A stretch of 64,000 bases of DNA from Camelus ferus (taxonomy: Eukaryota), in NCBI RefSeq assembly GCF_009834535.1, contig NC_045697.1, forward strand, positions 71,302,001 through 71,366,000. Direction: 5' to 3'. Every line of letters starts with the position of its first letter. The first letter of the stretch is position 1. This document shows, one piece after another, positions 1-11,309 of the stretch. Made by a program: the position numbers and the translations under genes. A model generated the notes under the pieces. That model was not told where the DNA came from and ran no database searches. It saw nothing but the letters and a program-made list of their open reading frames with translations.

Positions 1-30
1 GAGTCTTAACCTGAAAAAGGTGAACAATAG
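1..30 (-). other. Candidate splice acceptor and start of a minus-strand exon (starts at base 10, runs off the window)
   Basis: Minus strand reads ctattgttcacctttttCAG|gttaagactc: a pyrimidine tract plus CAG, ~10 kb downstream of the minus-strand donor at 10341. Motif only. Confidence 0.35.
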
Positions 31-354
31 CTACCATGGTAGTCTAATGATTGTTTAAAAAATATATAAAGCAACTATCATTGTGCCTTACATGGTGTAT
101 ATGCTGCAGAATATCCATTTCCCTTCCTTTCCTTTTCTGTCTATGAATAGACACATTAAAGTAATGCAGAAAATATACTGGATAACATACAAATGATATA
201 TTGGATAACACACAAATATATACACGCCCTAAGAGGGAACCATGTCAAACTGATTAGATTTTCTAGAAAGTCCTTCCAGTCCAAGTTACTACCACAAAAG
301 CTTTAAACTTGACTACCGCAATTTGATCATTTTCATCCTCTGTTTGAATCTGTA

Positions 355-2020
355 TAACTTTTTTTTTAAAAAGCTAATGACATATAACATACTAACAGAA
401 AAAGTGAAAAAGTCTTAAATGTATAGTTTAATGAATTATTGCAAAGTAAACACACTTGTGTAATCTTGACAGACACAAGAAATATAACATTACCAGTATC
501 CCGGAATCACCCATTCTCCATCTTGGACCCCTTCCCGATGATTAAGCCCTTTCTTCTCCCTAAAGGTAGCCAATCTTAGAGTTTATAATACCATAGATAA
601 GTTGGGGTGTTTTTTGCCAGTTTGAGGTTTATGAAAGTGGAATCAAATAATATTAACATGATGTATCTGCCTTCTTTCACTCAACTCGCCTGTTTTGTGT
701 GTGTAACTATTTTTTAAATTTTCATTGCTGAATATTATTACTATGTATGTATATTTATTTAAATATTTTATTGTTGATGAACATTTTGGTTATTTCTAGT
801 TTTGGACTTTTACCAATAATGCTGCAGTGAATACTACTGAACTTTCCATTTGTGCATATGTGTTCATTTCTTTCGGATATAATACATAGGAGTTATATTT
901 CAAGATTATGAAGTATGCTTATGATCATCTTGAGTAAATACTGGTAAACAGTTTTCCAAAGTGCTGTAACAATTTACACTCCACTCCCCAGAAATTGATA
1001 GTAGCTCTTGTTGTTCCATGCTCTTACCAATACTTGTTTTTCTCTGTTTTGTTTTTGTTTTTACCATTCTGGTGGCATACCACTACACACCTCCCAAATT
1101 TATGTCTTTATCTTCCATTTCCCTGATATGTAATGATAAAGAGCACATTTTCATAGATTTTTTTGCCTATTTTGATACTCTTTTTTTGTGAGTGACTTTT
1201 CAAGTCTATTGCCATATAGACTTGTCTTTTTCTCAATGATCTTTAGAACTTCTCTCTATATCTTGGATACCAGCCTGTTTTTCGGTTGTTATCTTCTCTT
1301 CCTCTGTAACTTGCCTTCTTTGCTGTCTTAATGGCACCTTTTGATAAAGCACATTTCATGTTTTCAGAAATCTTTGCCACTTCCACAGTTATAAAGATAT
1401 TCTCTTTGTTATCTTCTAGATTTTTTTACATTTCACATTTTGTTCTATACTCCTTCTGGAACTGGTGGTGATAAGCTTTATTTTTTCCATATGGATATCC
1501 AATTAACATAACACTATTTATTGAAAAGACTGCCCTTTGCCACTGTTCTGAAGCACCACATTAGACATAAATCAAGTATACATATATGTACAGATCCATT
1601 TCTGAACACTGTATTCTGATCCATTAGTCTATTCATCTATTCTTGCACCCAATACTGCACTTTATTGTTGTAGTTCTTTAGACATTGAGTTAGAAATTCA
1701 AAATTATTTTGACATTGAATAAAACAGATTGCCCCAACTTGTTCTTCTTTGAGGTTGCCTTCGTTAATAGCATTTCACTACATATTTCTACCAAAAGTCC
1801 ACTGGGATTTTAATTAGGATTGCATTTGATTTTTAGATTGATTTTTGTTAAAATCTTTATAATACTGAGTCCTTCAATCCATGAACATGGTATATTTCTC
1901 CATTTATTTAGGCCTTTAATTTCTGTCAGTATTGCTTAAAATTTGGGGGGAAGAGAATTTGTGTATATTTCCTTAGATTTTTAAAAACTAGATGTTAGAA
2001 AATGTTTTGATAACCATATA
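355..2020 (-). mobile_element. Old L1 (L1MC/L1ME-like) 3' UTR and ORF2 end, antisense
   Basis: T-rich start followed by typical antisense L1 motifs (gtggaatca, ttttccaaagtgctgtaacaatttacactcc, catatggatatccaatt, atccatgaacatggtata). Confidence 0.8.
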
Positions 2021-2464
2021 TACTTTTAAGGAAGAATTAACTGACTTGGAATTTGATTCTGGATTTTCTGTGAAAGACAAAGTTTTCCAGCTGAACTTAT
2101 TTGCATACAGGCATAAGGTAATTCTTATGTGAAAGCACCAATTTCCTGGGATGTATTATTTTAACTTTCTATAGTAATAATTTTGATGAATTGCGATTTA
2201 GTATTAATTCAATACTATGAAAGATTTCCAGAAAAAAGTCCATATGAAGATCATCTCATGTATTGTCTACCATACTCAATGTATTTTAAGTCAGAATTTA
2301 TTTATGTAACAAACTGTGTCTAGAATTTAGTGCAAGGAAAATTTTCATTTTTGTAATTAAATGATGTACCCCCTAAACTAGCCAGGAAATAGGTAGCAAA
2401 CTGTATTTGACTACTTTAAACGAAGTTTAGTAAGGAAACTCTTTACAATGGTATAGGCAGTGTA

Positions 2465-2795
2465 TGTGTTCTAGTGTGAGGACAGCAACAGCAAAGTGCT
2501 ATTACCACTCCTCCACCTAAAATGACAAGAAGAGGGAGTAATTACAAACTCCGAGAAAGTGGGCTCCCCAAAGGTCCTATGACCTGCAGAGAAGGCACAT
2601 GACCACTTCATTTAAACCCAGAGGCAAGGAGTTCTTCTTGCTCATTTTCTCCTCCAGTGATCCCATTGGCCTCACCCATCAAAAGCCAAATATCAAGAGA
2701 ACACTTGATGCAGTTCATGTATTCCAACTTCCAGAAGATACAGCCCAAAGAAGAGAAGGGTATAAAACAGCTCCAGAGAGCCAAACAGAAGATAT
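2465..2795 (-). mobile_element. ERVL-class LTR fragment (LTR33/LTR41-like)
   Basis: cccattggcctcacccatcaaaagcca...gatgcagttcat...agaaggg resembles the reverse complement of the LTR33-family 5' part; the same motif occurs in sense near 53.7 kb. Confidence 0.55.
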
Positions 2796-3039
2796 CAAGT
2801 TACTTTTATAAATTAAGAAAAACTTTGAAGCCTCGTCTTCTTTGACTTCCAGGAAGCTAAACTATTAAACTATCAATTTCATTAATAACAGTACGTCTAG
2901 ACCTTTAACATATATCTTCCCCTTCTGCTGTATAGTGCATGCTGTTGATGTCCCACTAAAGATGCCTTCATTCATTTATATTCATCACCCACCTTCATTT
3001 ATTTGTATCAATTACATATTTGTATCCACCATCAACTGG

Positions 3040-3417
3040 ATTGTTGACTAATGGTAATTCACTATTGCCCCTTTTCCAGAGAATTGCTCTTCCCCAATAG
3101 GGAACTTCTTTCTTAGAGGGCTGACTCTACCTTCCATTTCCTCAAGAAGTTTGCCAATGACAAACTGATAAAGCAGTACAGTGGCTGGTCCACTTGCTAT
3201 AATGTGGGAGTAAATCTGTGGTGCAATCTGTGCTTTGAAAATTTCCCAAGGGATCAGACTGAAGCTAGAGTCTAACTAGGACTACATGCTTGGTTAGTTT
3301 GTTCCACTACCTTATCCTGTTTCCCCTCCTCTCCTCTCCTGAGAGCACGTCCTCAATAAATCACTGGAATAAGAATCCCTGTCTTAGGCTCTACCTCTAA
3401 GATATCTGACCTAAGAC
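3040..3417 (+). mobile_element. LTR16-family ERVL LTR
   Basis: Contains gggatcagactgaagctag, a poly(A) signal in ctcaataaatcac, and ends ...gacctaagaca, the characteristic LTR16 3' end. Confidence 0.8.
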
Positions 3418-3494
3418 ATTCTGTACTCTGATACATATGTGTACCATATTATATGCTTATGAGGGCTTTGTGGTACCTTTGATGCTTTATTTAA

Positions 3495-3725
3495 AAATAG
3501 CTGACATTTATTAAGCACTGAAAAATATACTGGCACTTTAATAAGTGCTTGCATGCATTTTACAGTTTTATCATCAGCAAACCAGAAAGGAACACTCATA
3601 ATTCTCACCCTATAAATGACGATATACTTAAAGGTTAAGGAATATCCTAAGGACACACAGATATTAAATGGCAAAGCTGATATTCAAAACTAATCTGTTC
3701 AACTCCAAAAGCCAAGCTCCTATCT
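3495..3725 (-). mobile_element. MIR SINE
   Basis: atagctgacatttattaagcact...aggttaagg...cctaaggacacacag...actccaaaagcc follows the antisense MIR consensus. Confidence 0.7.
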
Positions 3726-3764
3726 ACTAAAATATATTGTCCACTTACTGAATTTTCTAAAAAT

Positions 3765-3910
3765 CTATTTTTATTGAGAACTCACTAATCATTTTACCTG
3801 AATTATATTATTAACCTCTCATAATATTCTATAAGGTGGATATTAAAATTATTCTCACTTATAAAAGAGGGAAACTGAGAAATAGGCAATATATAAAATA
3901 TACACAACCT
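3765..3910 (-). mobile_element. MIR fragment
   Basis: MIR core gagggaaactgag preceded by ttaacctctcataat...ctataaggt. Confidence 0.5.
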
Positions 3911-4014
3911 GGAAGTAAAGTTCCCTATCTCCAAATGAGGGCTTCTTTCCTCAGCACCTCACTAGAGGCATGAGGCTGGCCTCGATCACCATATTACGTA
4001 AGTATAGTCTTTTC

Positions 4015-4160
4015 CCCAATGATTGTAATTGTATGCCTCTCCCACTAAATACTCAAAGGGCAAGTATTTATTTCTGTATTTCTAGCACCTCCTACCATGC
4101 TGGGCACATAGTAGATGTTCATTAATTTCACATAAATGAATACCTGAAAGAATGAATAGG
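4015..4160 (+). mobile_element. L2 3' end
   Basis: tctagcac...gctgggcacatagtagatgttcattaat followed by a tgaa-repeat tail. Confidence 0.65.
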
Positions 4161-4177
4161 TTGAGAGAATTCACTTT

Positions 4178-4540
4178 TGTCTTAGTTCAGGATGCTACAA
4201 CAGAATACTGGGTGACTGGGTGACTTAAATAACAAACATTGATTTTTCACAATTGTGGAGGCTGGGAAGTCCAACTTCAAGGTGCTAGCAATCCAGTGTC
4301 TGGTGAAGGCTCAATTTCTGGTTTGCAAATGGTAGTCTTATTGTATCGTCACATGACAGAGAGCAAAGAGAGGGAGCAGATTCTACTATGTCATATTATA
4401 AAGGCACTCATCCGCTTCATGAGGATTCTACCCTCATGATCTAATTATTTCCCAGAGGCCTCACTTCCTAATGTTACTACATTGGGGCTTAGGATTTCAA
4501 CAGTTGAATTTTGGTGGACATAAACATTTAGTCCATGACA
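4178..4540 (-). mobile_element. MaLR solo LTR, MLT1A-like
   Basis: TG...CA termini, motifs ggaggctgggaagtcca and ccctcatgatctaatta...aggatttcaaca, and a near-TSD acttt/actct. Confidence 0.9.
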
Positions 4541-4994
4541 ACTCTTTTTAAAATTATATTAGAATCTATTGTTGACTTCCTGTTGCTCATTGAATTTGGC
4601 AGGAGAAACTCTTCTCAGCTTTTCATTTTTCTATCCTGAGAAAACTTCTCTAAACTATGAATTCACACATTACTATTTGATACTACAGGTGCATGCTGAA
4701 AAAAAAATCATTGACTATTAGGACTGGATTAGAATCATAAAAATTTTTTTTCATCTAAACTCTTATTTTATAAGTGAGATGTGGAGAAGCTGAATTCCCC
4801 GAGTCACCAAAGCAGCTGGTCAGCAAGCCAGCCAGGGCCTTGTCCAGTGCTATTTCTATTGGCCCAGGTTGCCTCACATAAACAGTGAGATGTATATACA
4901 TATATGTATATCTACACATTTATATTCATATATATTTATACTTAAACCTTCATCATCTGTGATGGCCATTTTTAGCCTATAACACTTAAGAACA

Positions 4995-5390
4995 ATAATA
5001 AGAACTAGCAATTATTGAGTCTTAGTCTATGTCCAGCATTATGTTGGAAGTTCTACATACCTAATCTCATTCAGTTGTCCAAACAGCCTTATGAGAGGTG
5101 GATTGTTGTATTCTCCTGTTAGAGATAAAGAAATTGAGGCACAATGAAGTTAAGCAGTTTACCCAAGTGATGTTTTCTTTTAATTGAATATAGTTGATTT
5201 ACAATATTATGTTAGTTTCAGGTGTACAGCATAGTGATTCAGTGATTTTGGTATTTTATACTCCATTATAGGTTATTACAAGATAATGGCTATAATTCCC
5301 TGTGCTATACGTATATTCCTGTTGCTTATTTTTACCTAAGCGGTGGTTTTGAATCACAGTTTTGACTCCAGAGCCTTCCACTTTTTAATA
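4995..5390 (-). mobile_element. MIR interrupted by an L1 3' fragment
   Basis: MIR core (agataaagaaattgaggcacaatgaagttaagcagtttacccaag) ends at ~5170 and resumes after ~5335 (tttgaatc...tgactccagagcc). Confidence 0.7.
5173..5331 (-). mobile_element. 5'-truncated cetartiodactyl L1 3' end
   Basis: ttttaattgaatatagttgatttacaatattatgttagtttcaggtgtacagcatagtgattcag; imperfect TSD tttacccaagtgatg / tttacctaagcggtg. Confidence 0.8.
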
Positions 5391-7199
5391 CTAAGGAGAT
5401 TTGCTCTAACTTTTGCCATCCATGAAACTTCTGATAGAAGATAAGCATTTCTATTTCTTAGCAGAAGACTCATTAAAAAAAATTTCAGGTTCAGCTTTCT
5501 TCTCTCACTGAAAACCACCAATGGCATAATATAGTTTGAGACAGTTCTCCTATCAGCAAAGAAAAGGAACAAATATTACATATAGAAACAAAAATCACTG
5601 AAATTTAGCCACTTAATAACAAGAAAATCATATTTTTAGTATAGTACAGTTTTTACTTCTTTTAATCAAAGAAATTTTACTTATTTTGTAACTCTGGCTT
5701 AGTTCTTTTTCTAATATAAGCACTTTTTTAACTTTAAAATAAAGTAGAATTATTTTTATTGATTAATAGTTCAAAGAAAGAATGTAAGAAAATAAAGAAA
5801 TTGTTTCAATGAAAATGATCATCAATATACATGCTTACTATTGTTGAAATATTATAAATGTGAAGGGTTAAAAAAATGCTTAATATAAAAAAGTCTTCTC
5901 AAGTAAATTTGTAAATTGCATACTTTATTTACAAATTGTTGCCCTGATTAGGAATCACACAGTATTACCACCTACATTTCCTGAAGGGAGAGGCAAAAGT
6001 GCATGTCTATTTGCCAAAAGTCATCAAGCCATTCTCATTATATATTTAGATGTAAAAATGAAATTACTATGTGAATTTGTCTTTAATCCACATTTTTCTC
6101 TAAGAAAATAATACCATTTTTCTTCAGCTAAGATCTAAGCAGAATATAAACAATTAAACGTATTATTTGGCTGCTATGAAGCAACTCTTCTGAAAACCAG
6201 CACTGCATCTCAATTTTATTTACAAACTGTATTGAAGGAAATGGAAACAGTCCAGGCTGTTTTAAATATACTTTAGTATAATAGCGAGATCAACAGTGGT
6301 GCCCCCATCCTTCGGAAATCTGAATACACGTGGCCAGTTTTCTACTTGTAGGTCTAGTAGCAGCAGTTTAAAGCTCTCTCTAAAGTTTGTGTGTTTCTCT
6401 GCTATGTTTCCTCAAACTTTCTGTGCCTCTGAGATCTTGTCCGTGTGTGCTATTCTAGTTCTCTGTCATGTCAGACCCTGATGTGAATACCCCCTCTTTC
6501 ACTCTTTCCTCAAAATTTCAGTCTCAGTCGGCATTTTGTGATTCTTTGAAGTTCCTGAGTATTTGAGGGGTTCCAAGGGAGGACCATTTCACACAATCCA
6601 CAACATTCTACCATTTTGCTTATGCCTTTTCTCACTTCCGAAGCCTAGACGCCTCCATTTGTTTCTCCATCTGTGTCATGGGCCCCTTTCTCCAATGTGT
6701 TCTCCCAATTGGAGCAGCCCTACCAGGTTGTTCTGCCCTCCAGGTTACCACCTTAGAATTCCAGTGAGCAAATATTCTCAACTTTTAACAAAGGATATAA
6801 ATCCTCTAAATTCTTTTAAGTAAATACCCCTTTTATTTTTATTTAAATCAATTCCCCCCAAAAGACACTACCTCAGTAGAGAAAAATATATCAAAGTTAC
6901 CAAAGTTATTTAATAGTGTAAAATCACAGAGGTAGTAATATCGAATAAAAAAAACAGAGCTCAGCATTAACTATGCCTTAAAAATACCTAACAATTTATA
7001 AAGACAGAGAAAAAAATCTAAATAAACAAGGAAAATAATTAAGGTTTGGAAGATGCTCTGGCCTGTGGAGTGAGTAAGTAAGAATAACTGACTATTTTCA
7101 TGTGCAGGCAGGATGAAGTACAGTTGGCAAGATGAAGTTTCTTTTTTCATTGATTAAGAAATAAATTTGGAGAGACAAAAAACATTGGGAGAATAAAAC

Positions 7200-7925
7200 A
7201 AGCATTTATGCAGTCAACACCAAGCACAAGAAACAAATCATTACAACTACAGTTGAAGCCTCCTGTGAACTCTCACTTATTGCATTCTTCTGAATTTGGT
7301 CTCCTCTTCACAATGTTTTATATTTCTGCTATGTAAGTATGAATTCCATAAATATAATACTAGCATTATTTTGCATATTTAAAAAAGTATAGAAATGCAA
7401 TTACACTCTATATATTCTTTAGCAGCTTGCTTTTTCAATATTATTTTTTAAGATTTATTCATGTTCGTACATTTAGTTTTAATTTTTTCATTTTTAACTA
7501 CTGAAAAGTCTTTTTTGTCTTATGAACAAATAGGTGTTTATCTAGTATTCCACTAATAGACATTTAATTTTCTTTTTCTTTTTTCTCTTCTGTTAAAACC
7601 AATGCCACTGTGAGCATTTTGGTAAGCTTCTCTTTGTGTCCACGTTTGAATAGTGTGTATCTAGTAGAGAATGACTCAGTGAAAAGGTATGCACAACTTC
7701 AATTACACTTGATATTCAAAATTGCTTGTTAATGTGGCTGACCCAATTTGTACTCTGCCAGGAGTATATGATTTTCATTAACACTTTCAATTTACCCAAT
7801 CAGATTCATGTGAAAGAGTATCTCATTGTGTTTTCAAGTTCCATTTCTCTGAGTAAATGTGAAGTTTAGCATCTTCTAGTCTGTTTACTGTCTACTTGGT
7901 TTTCTTGTGGGTAAATTTTTTGTCA
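7200..7925 (-). mobile_element. Old L1ME-like 3' region
   Basis: Antisense L1 motifs (agatttattcatgtt, gtatctcattgtgtttt...catttctctga). Confidence 0.65.
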
Positions 7926-7929
7926 TATC

Positions 7930-8400
7930 TCTGGCAGTTCTGTACCACGTCAACTTGGCTAGGTTAGACCTATATTTCCTAAAATCCCTTTCTCTGTATG
8001 GTTCCAGTTATAGTTGGCCAAAGAGAAATTAGTTTGAGATTTAGAAGGTAGAAGTGAAGCAGCTGGCATTTTGCATTGAGGTTTCTTACAATTAGATACG
8101 GTAAGAAATAGATGCAGAAATGTCTGTGGTTCCTCCGTTTCCTTTCTTTCCCCCTCTATATTTAGCTCCTAGCTCCTCTTCATGATGGCTAGCCCTGATG
8201 ACCAGTCCTGATTCTAAACTCTGCACCAGATCCAGAAGCAATGGCTTTTCACCAGCATTTCTTTGTGTTCCCACTCCAGAAATGGAGGCACCTGGCTTCA
8301 GGAGAGCTAGTCAGTGACTTGTCTTTGATTCTCCAATTTCTTCCTTTGGATCTTTGTTCCCCAGCTTCTCCTACAGTACTGTAAGTCCTTATTACTGTAA
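7930..8400 (+). mobile_element. ERVL-class LTR remnant
   Basis: tgtaccacgtcaacttggctagg...tatttcc...aatcccttt resembles an ERVL LTR 5' end; family not resolved. Confidence 0.45.
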
Positions 8401-10335
8401 TACAACAGAACTATAAAACAAAACCATAGAAACTGGAAGCAATCAGAAAGTCACGAGAACCTAAGAGGCTAAGATACGAGAGAGAAGAGAGGGACTGAAA
8501 TGAGCTCAACATCTGGCAAAGCTTTTTGCCAAATATTAAGCATCTATCCAGATTCCAAGAAGATGAGTACAATAGAAGCAGAGTGGAGGGTAAAGCAGGT
8601 GGGAGGAGACCAAGAGGCCAAGAAACTAAGCAAAGCTTTAAGCAGTCTCAGTGCTGAGGTGGAGAGAGAGGGAGGGAAGAAAAATAAGTTTTTCAAGGAG
8701 TTTTTCAGGGAGAAGGGGCTCTGGTAGAAACTGTGGCCTTTAATTGGAGGACTGAATGGGCACACTTTATGAGTGCCTGCTAACAATAATAGAACAGAAT
8801 TTACAAAACTGAAGCTCAGCTTCAATTTAATTTAAACCTAGACTGTATAAAGATAATCTGCCTCACATTTCTTAACTGATAGAAGCAAAAGTAAATCCTT
8901 TATAAAGATAGCATCATTCTGGTCCTTAAATTATTTCTAGAAATTTTCATTAAAAAATCCTGCATTCAATAAACGTACTGTATAGTCAACTAAAATACTG
9001 CACAAAAATAAAATTTATACTAAGAAATAAATTCTCATGAGCAGAAACCAACAGATTAAAAAAAGAACAGTAGAAATAAACACACAGGAAATACATATAG
9101 CTTTGGAGTTTTTATACAGTGGCTTCAAATTTACTGAAATTAAGATATTTAGGAACATGGAAGAGAAGATGAAGAATTTTACCAGAAAGTTAATAAGAAC
9201 GCTAAAAAAAAATTAGGACTAAAATATGCAATAATTAAAATTGAGGACTCAGTAGATTGTTTAAAGCTGGTTAGCATGGATAAAAGGAAGATTGGTAAAG
9301 TGAAGCACAAAGAGAAAAAATATGGAAAATCACAGGTAAGAGACATATGGAGACAGTGAAAAGCCATAACATATATGCAATTGATGCTCTGGAAGGAGAA
9401 GAGAGAAAATTGGGAAAGAATCAATATTTGAAGAGATAGAGGCTGAAATTTTTGCAAAGTTGATGAAACATCTCTAGCTACATATTTAAGAATCACAAGA
9501 GAGAGAGCAGGATAAATATAAAGAATATCACATGTGGAAGCACCAGTAAACTTCCTGATAATCAAAGGAAGAAAAAAATCTTAAAATCAGCCAATAAAAA
9601 TGCCAGAAGATATTTTAAAGTGTAATTTAACAAGCTGAGTTCAAAATTTACACAGAAATGCAAAAGGTTAAAAGTAGCCAAGAATTTTGAAGGGGAAAAT
9701 CTCTTGAGGATTTTGAGTGTAGAAAAACATTTTAAAAACAGGACACAAAAAACGTTGATAAGTAGCATTACATTAAAATGATGTTCATGAATAGATAGCT
9801 TTAAGCTAGTGACACAAAGAGTGGGAAGATATTTGCTGACAGATACGATTGGTAAGAAAAATAAAGACGAATAGAATACCGAATGAGAGATGTTAACAGG
9901 CACTTTAAAAATTTAGAAAAACCAAGTGGCCATTGTACATACGAGAATGTTCACCACATTAATCATCAGGGAAATTCAAATTGTCTATACTCACCAGAAT
10001 GTTTTAAAATTATCAAGTATCATAAAGCCTTGCAATGGAGAGATGTGGAATAACTGGGTCTATCGTACATGGTTGAAAAAGGACTGGTATAAGGACTTTG
10101 GAAAAGAATTTAGCAGTATCCATTGACCTTGAATGTACATATTCCTGAAGACCAGCAATTTCACATCAAGGTTCCTACCCCACAGAATGCATTAAACGAC
10201 CTTTTCAAAAATACTGTTGACTACTTTATTCTGTATTAGCCAACAGAAATAACCCAAGTGTCTACTAAACACAGAATGGGCAAAATCTGACATATTCATG
10301 CAACAAAATACTGCCTAGCAATGAACATGAATGGA
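8400..10335 (+). mobile_element. Old L1 (L1ME-like), degraded ORF1 followed by 3' region, sense
   Basis: A-rich ORF1-like segment at 9040-9620, then 3' motifs (ttggaaaagaatttagcagtatc, aacccaagtgtc, atattcatgcaacaaaatact). Confidence 0.7.
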
Positions 10336-10341
10336 CCTTAC

Positions 10342-10500
10342 CTGAAAAAGAAAATACCGACTTCCTGCTCGGGATGGTGGCACCCTGACAAGCACAGGGC
10401 GACGTAGAACAAAAGGACCTCATGGTTCCCTTGGCTGCGCAGCATAATTTGGCAGCCCCATACAGATTCCGAAATCAGCACGCCTGAGTGTTTAAAAAAG
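10342..10500 (-). other. Putative minus-strand first exon (5' end uncertain)
   Basis: Consensus donor CAG|GTAAGG with GT at 10341-10340, at the edge of the CpG island. Confidence 0.5.
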
Positions 10501-10629
10501 GCTCCTCACACGTCGAGCGGGGCGTGACGTCCGGGAGCGGCAGAGCGGCGGCGGCCGCCGCGGCCGCCGAAGGACGCCCCAGAAGCTTCTCTGCCCCTGC
10601 GCGGCGCCACGCGGGCCCGCCCCTTCCGT

Positions 10630-10835
10630 TCGTCGGCTCGGCGGCCCGGTGGCCCGGCGGGCGACGCACAGGGAGCCCAGTTTCGAGGTCGCCACTATGA
10701 GTAATGGTGGGCAATGTGAAAAATACGATATTAAATTTAGAAAAAAAGGAAATATCTGTGGGAAGTCTTGCTGCCAGCACCTGAAATCCGGCGTCAAGTT
10801 GGAGCTGGCCCGAGACCTGCCCTGCTGAAACCGGG
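10630..10835 (+). other. Putative plus-strand first exon (5' end uncertain)
   Basis: Donor GGG|GTAAGA with GT at 10836-10837, at the other edge of the island. Confidence 0.5.
10697..10828 (+). CDS. Candidate 43-aa small ORF/uORF (MSNGGQCEKYDIKFRKKGNICGKSCCQHLKSGVKLELARDLPC)
   Basis: gccactATGa context (A at -3) and an open frame to TGA at 10826-10828. No homology recognised. Confidence 0.2.
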   Translation: MSNGGQCEKYDIKFRKKGNICGKSCCQHLKSGVKLELARDLPC

Positions 10836-11309
10836 GTAAGACCTTGCTGAAGGGTGGGGTGGGCGTGCGGGAGCTCTGCTTCTGCCGAGCTTGGGGCAAG
10901 TGGGAAAGAGTGCTGCTTTCACCCCAACAACAGAAAACTCTAGAAAAACTACAGAATCGTAACTTTTCCTAAACCTATCGTAGAGCTGAGATTTTTCCGA
11001 TAGTGAAGGAGCCTGAAGACCGGGGAATGACAGCTCCTTCAGGGAGAGCAATGGGAGGTTCAGCTTTCTGATTTAGTTCTAGCTGCTTCTTAGAGAGCAT
11101 CAGGGCGTTCCCTTAGGCAGAAATCCATATAAATAAATGCTAATTTGTTCCAGGCAAGGGCCTTTCTTTCAAAGTTTGAGGTTTGTCCACATTTTTCTGT
11201 TTTTCATCTCTCCAAAAGATAGTTAATTTTTTTTCCGGAACTTATTGTTCTAAGCAGAAGGGTTAGTCCAATGCAAGCAGCTCTATCGCTGTTAGAAACT
11301 TGCGGTTAC

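Larger units (their letters stand above)
10350..10900. promoter_or_regulatory. CpG island, probable bidirectional promoter
   Basis: The only CpG-dense block in the window. It holds a CRE-like TGACGTC (10525-10531), GC boxes GGGGCGTG (10519-10526) and GGCCCGCCCC (10614-10623), ETS cores (acttcctg 10360-10367; cttccg 10623-10628) and two NotI sites (10551, 10560). Confidence 0.85.

Noticed and set aside
9179..9903. Hydrophobic minus-strand ORFs (also 12354-13129 on plus and 63540-63953 on minus)
   Set aside because: They are T-rich antisense readings of L1 remnants, not membrane proteins.
10475..11051. Overlapping Ala/Arg/Pro-rich ORFs in the CpG island
   Set aside because: Expected from stop-codon scarcity in GC-rich DNA; several use non-ATG starts and none shows a recognisable domain.
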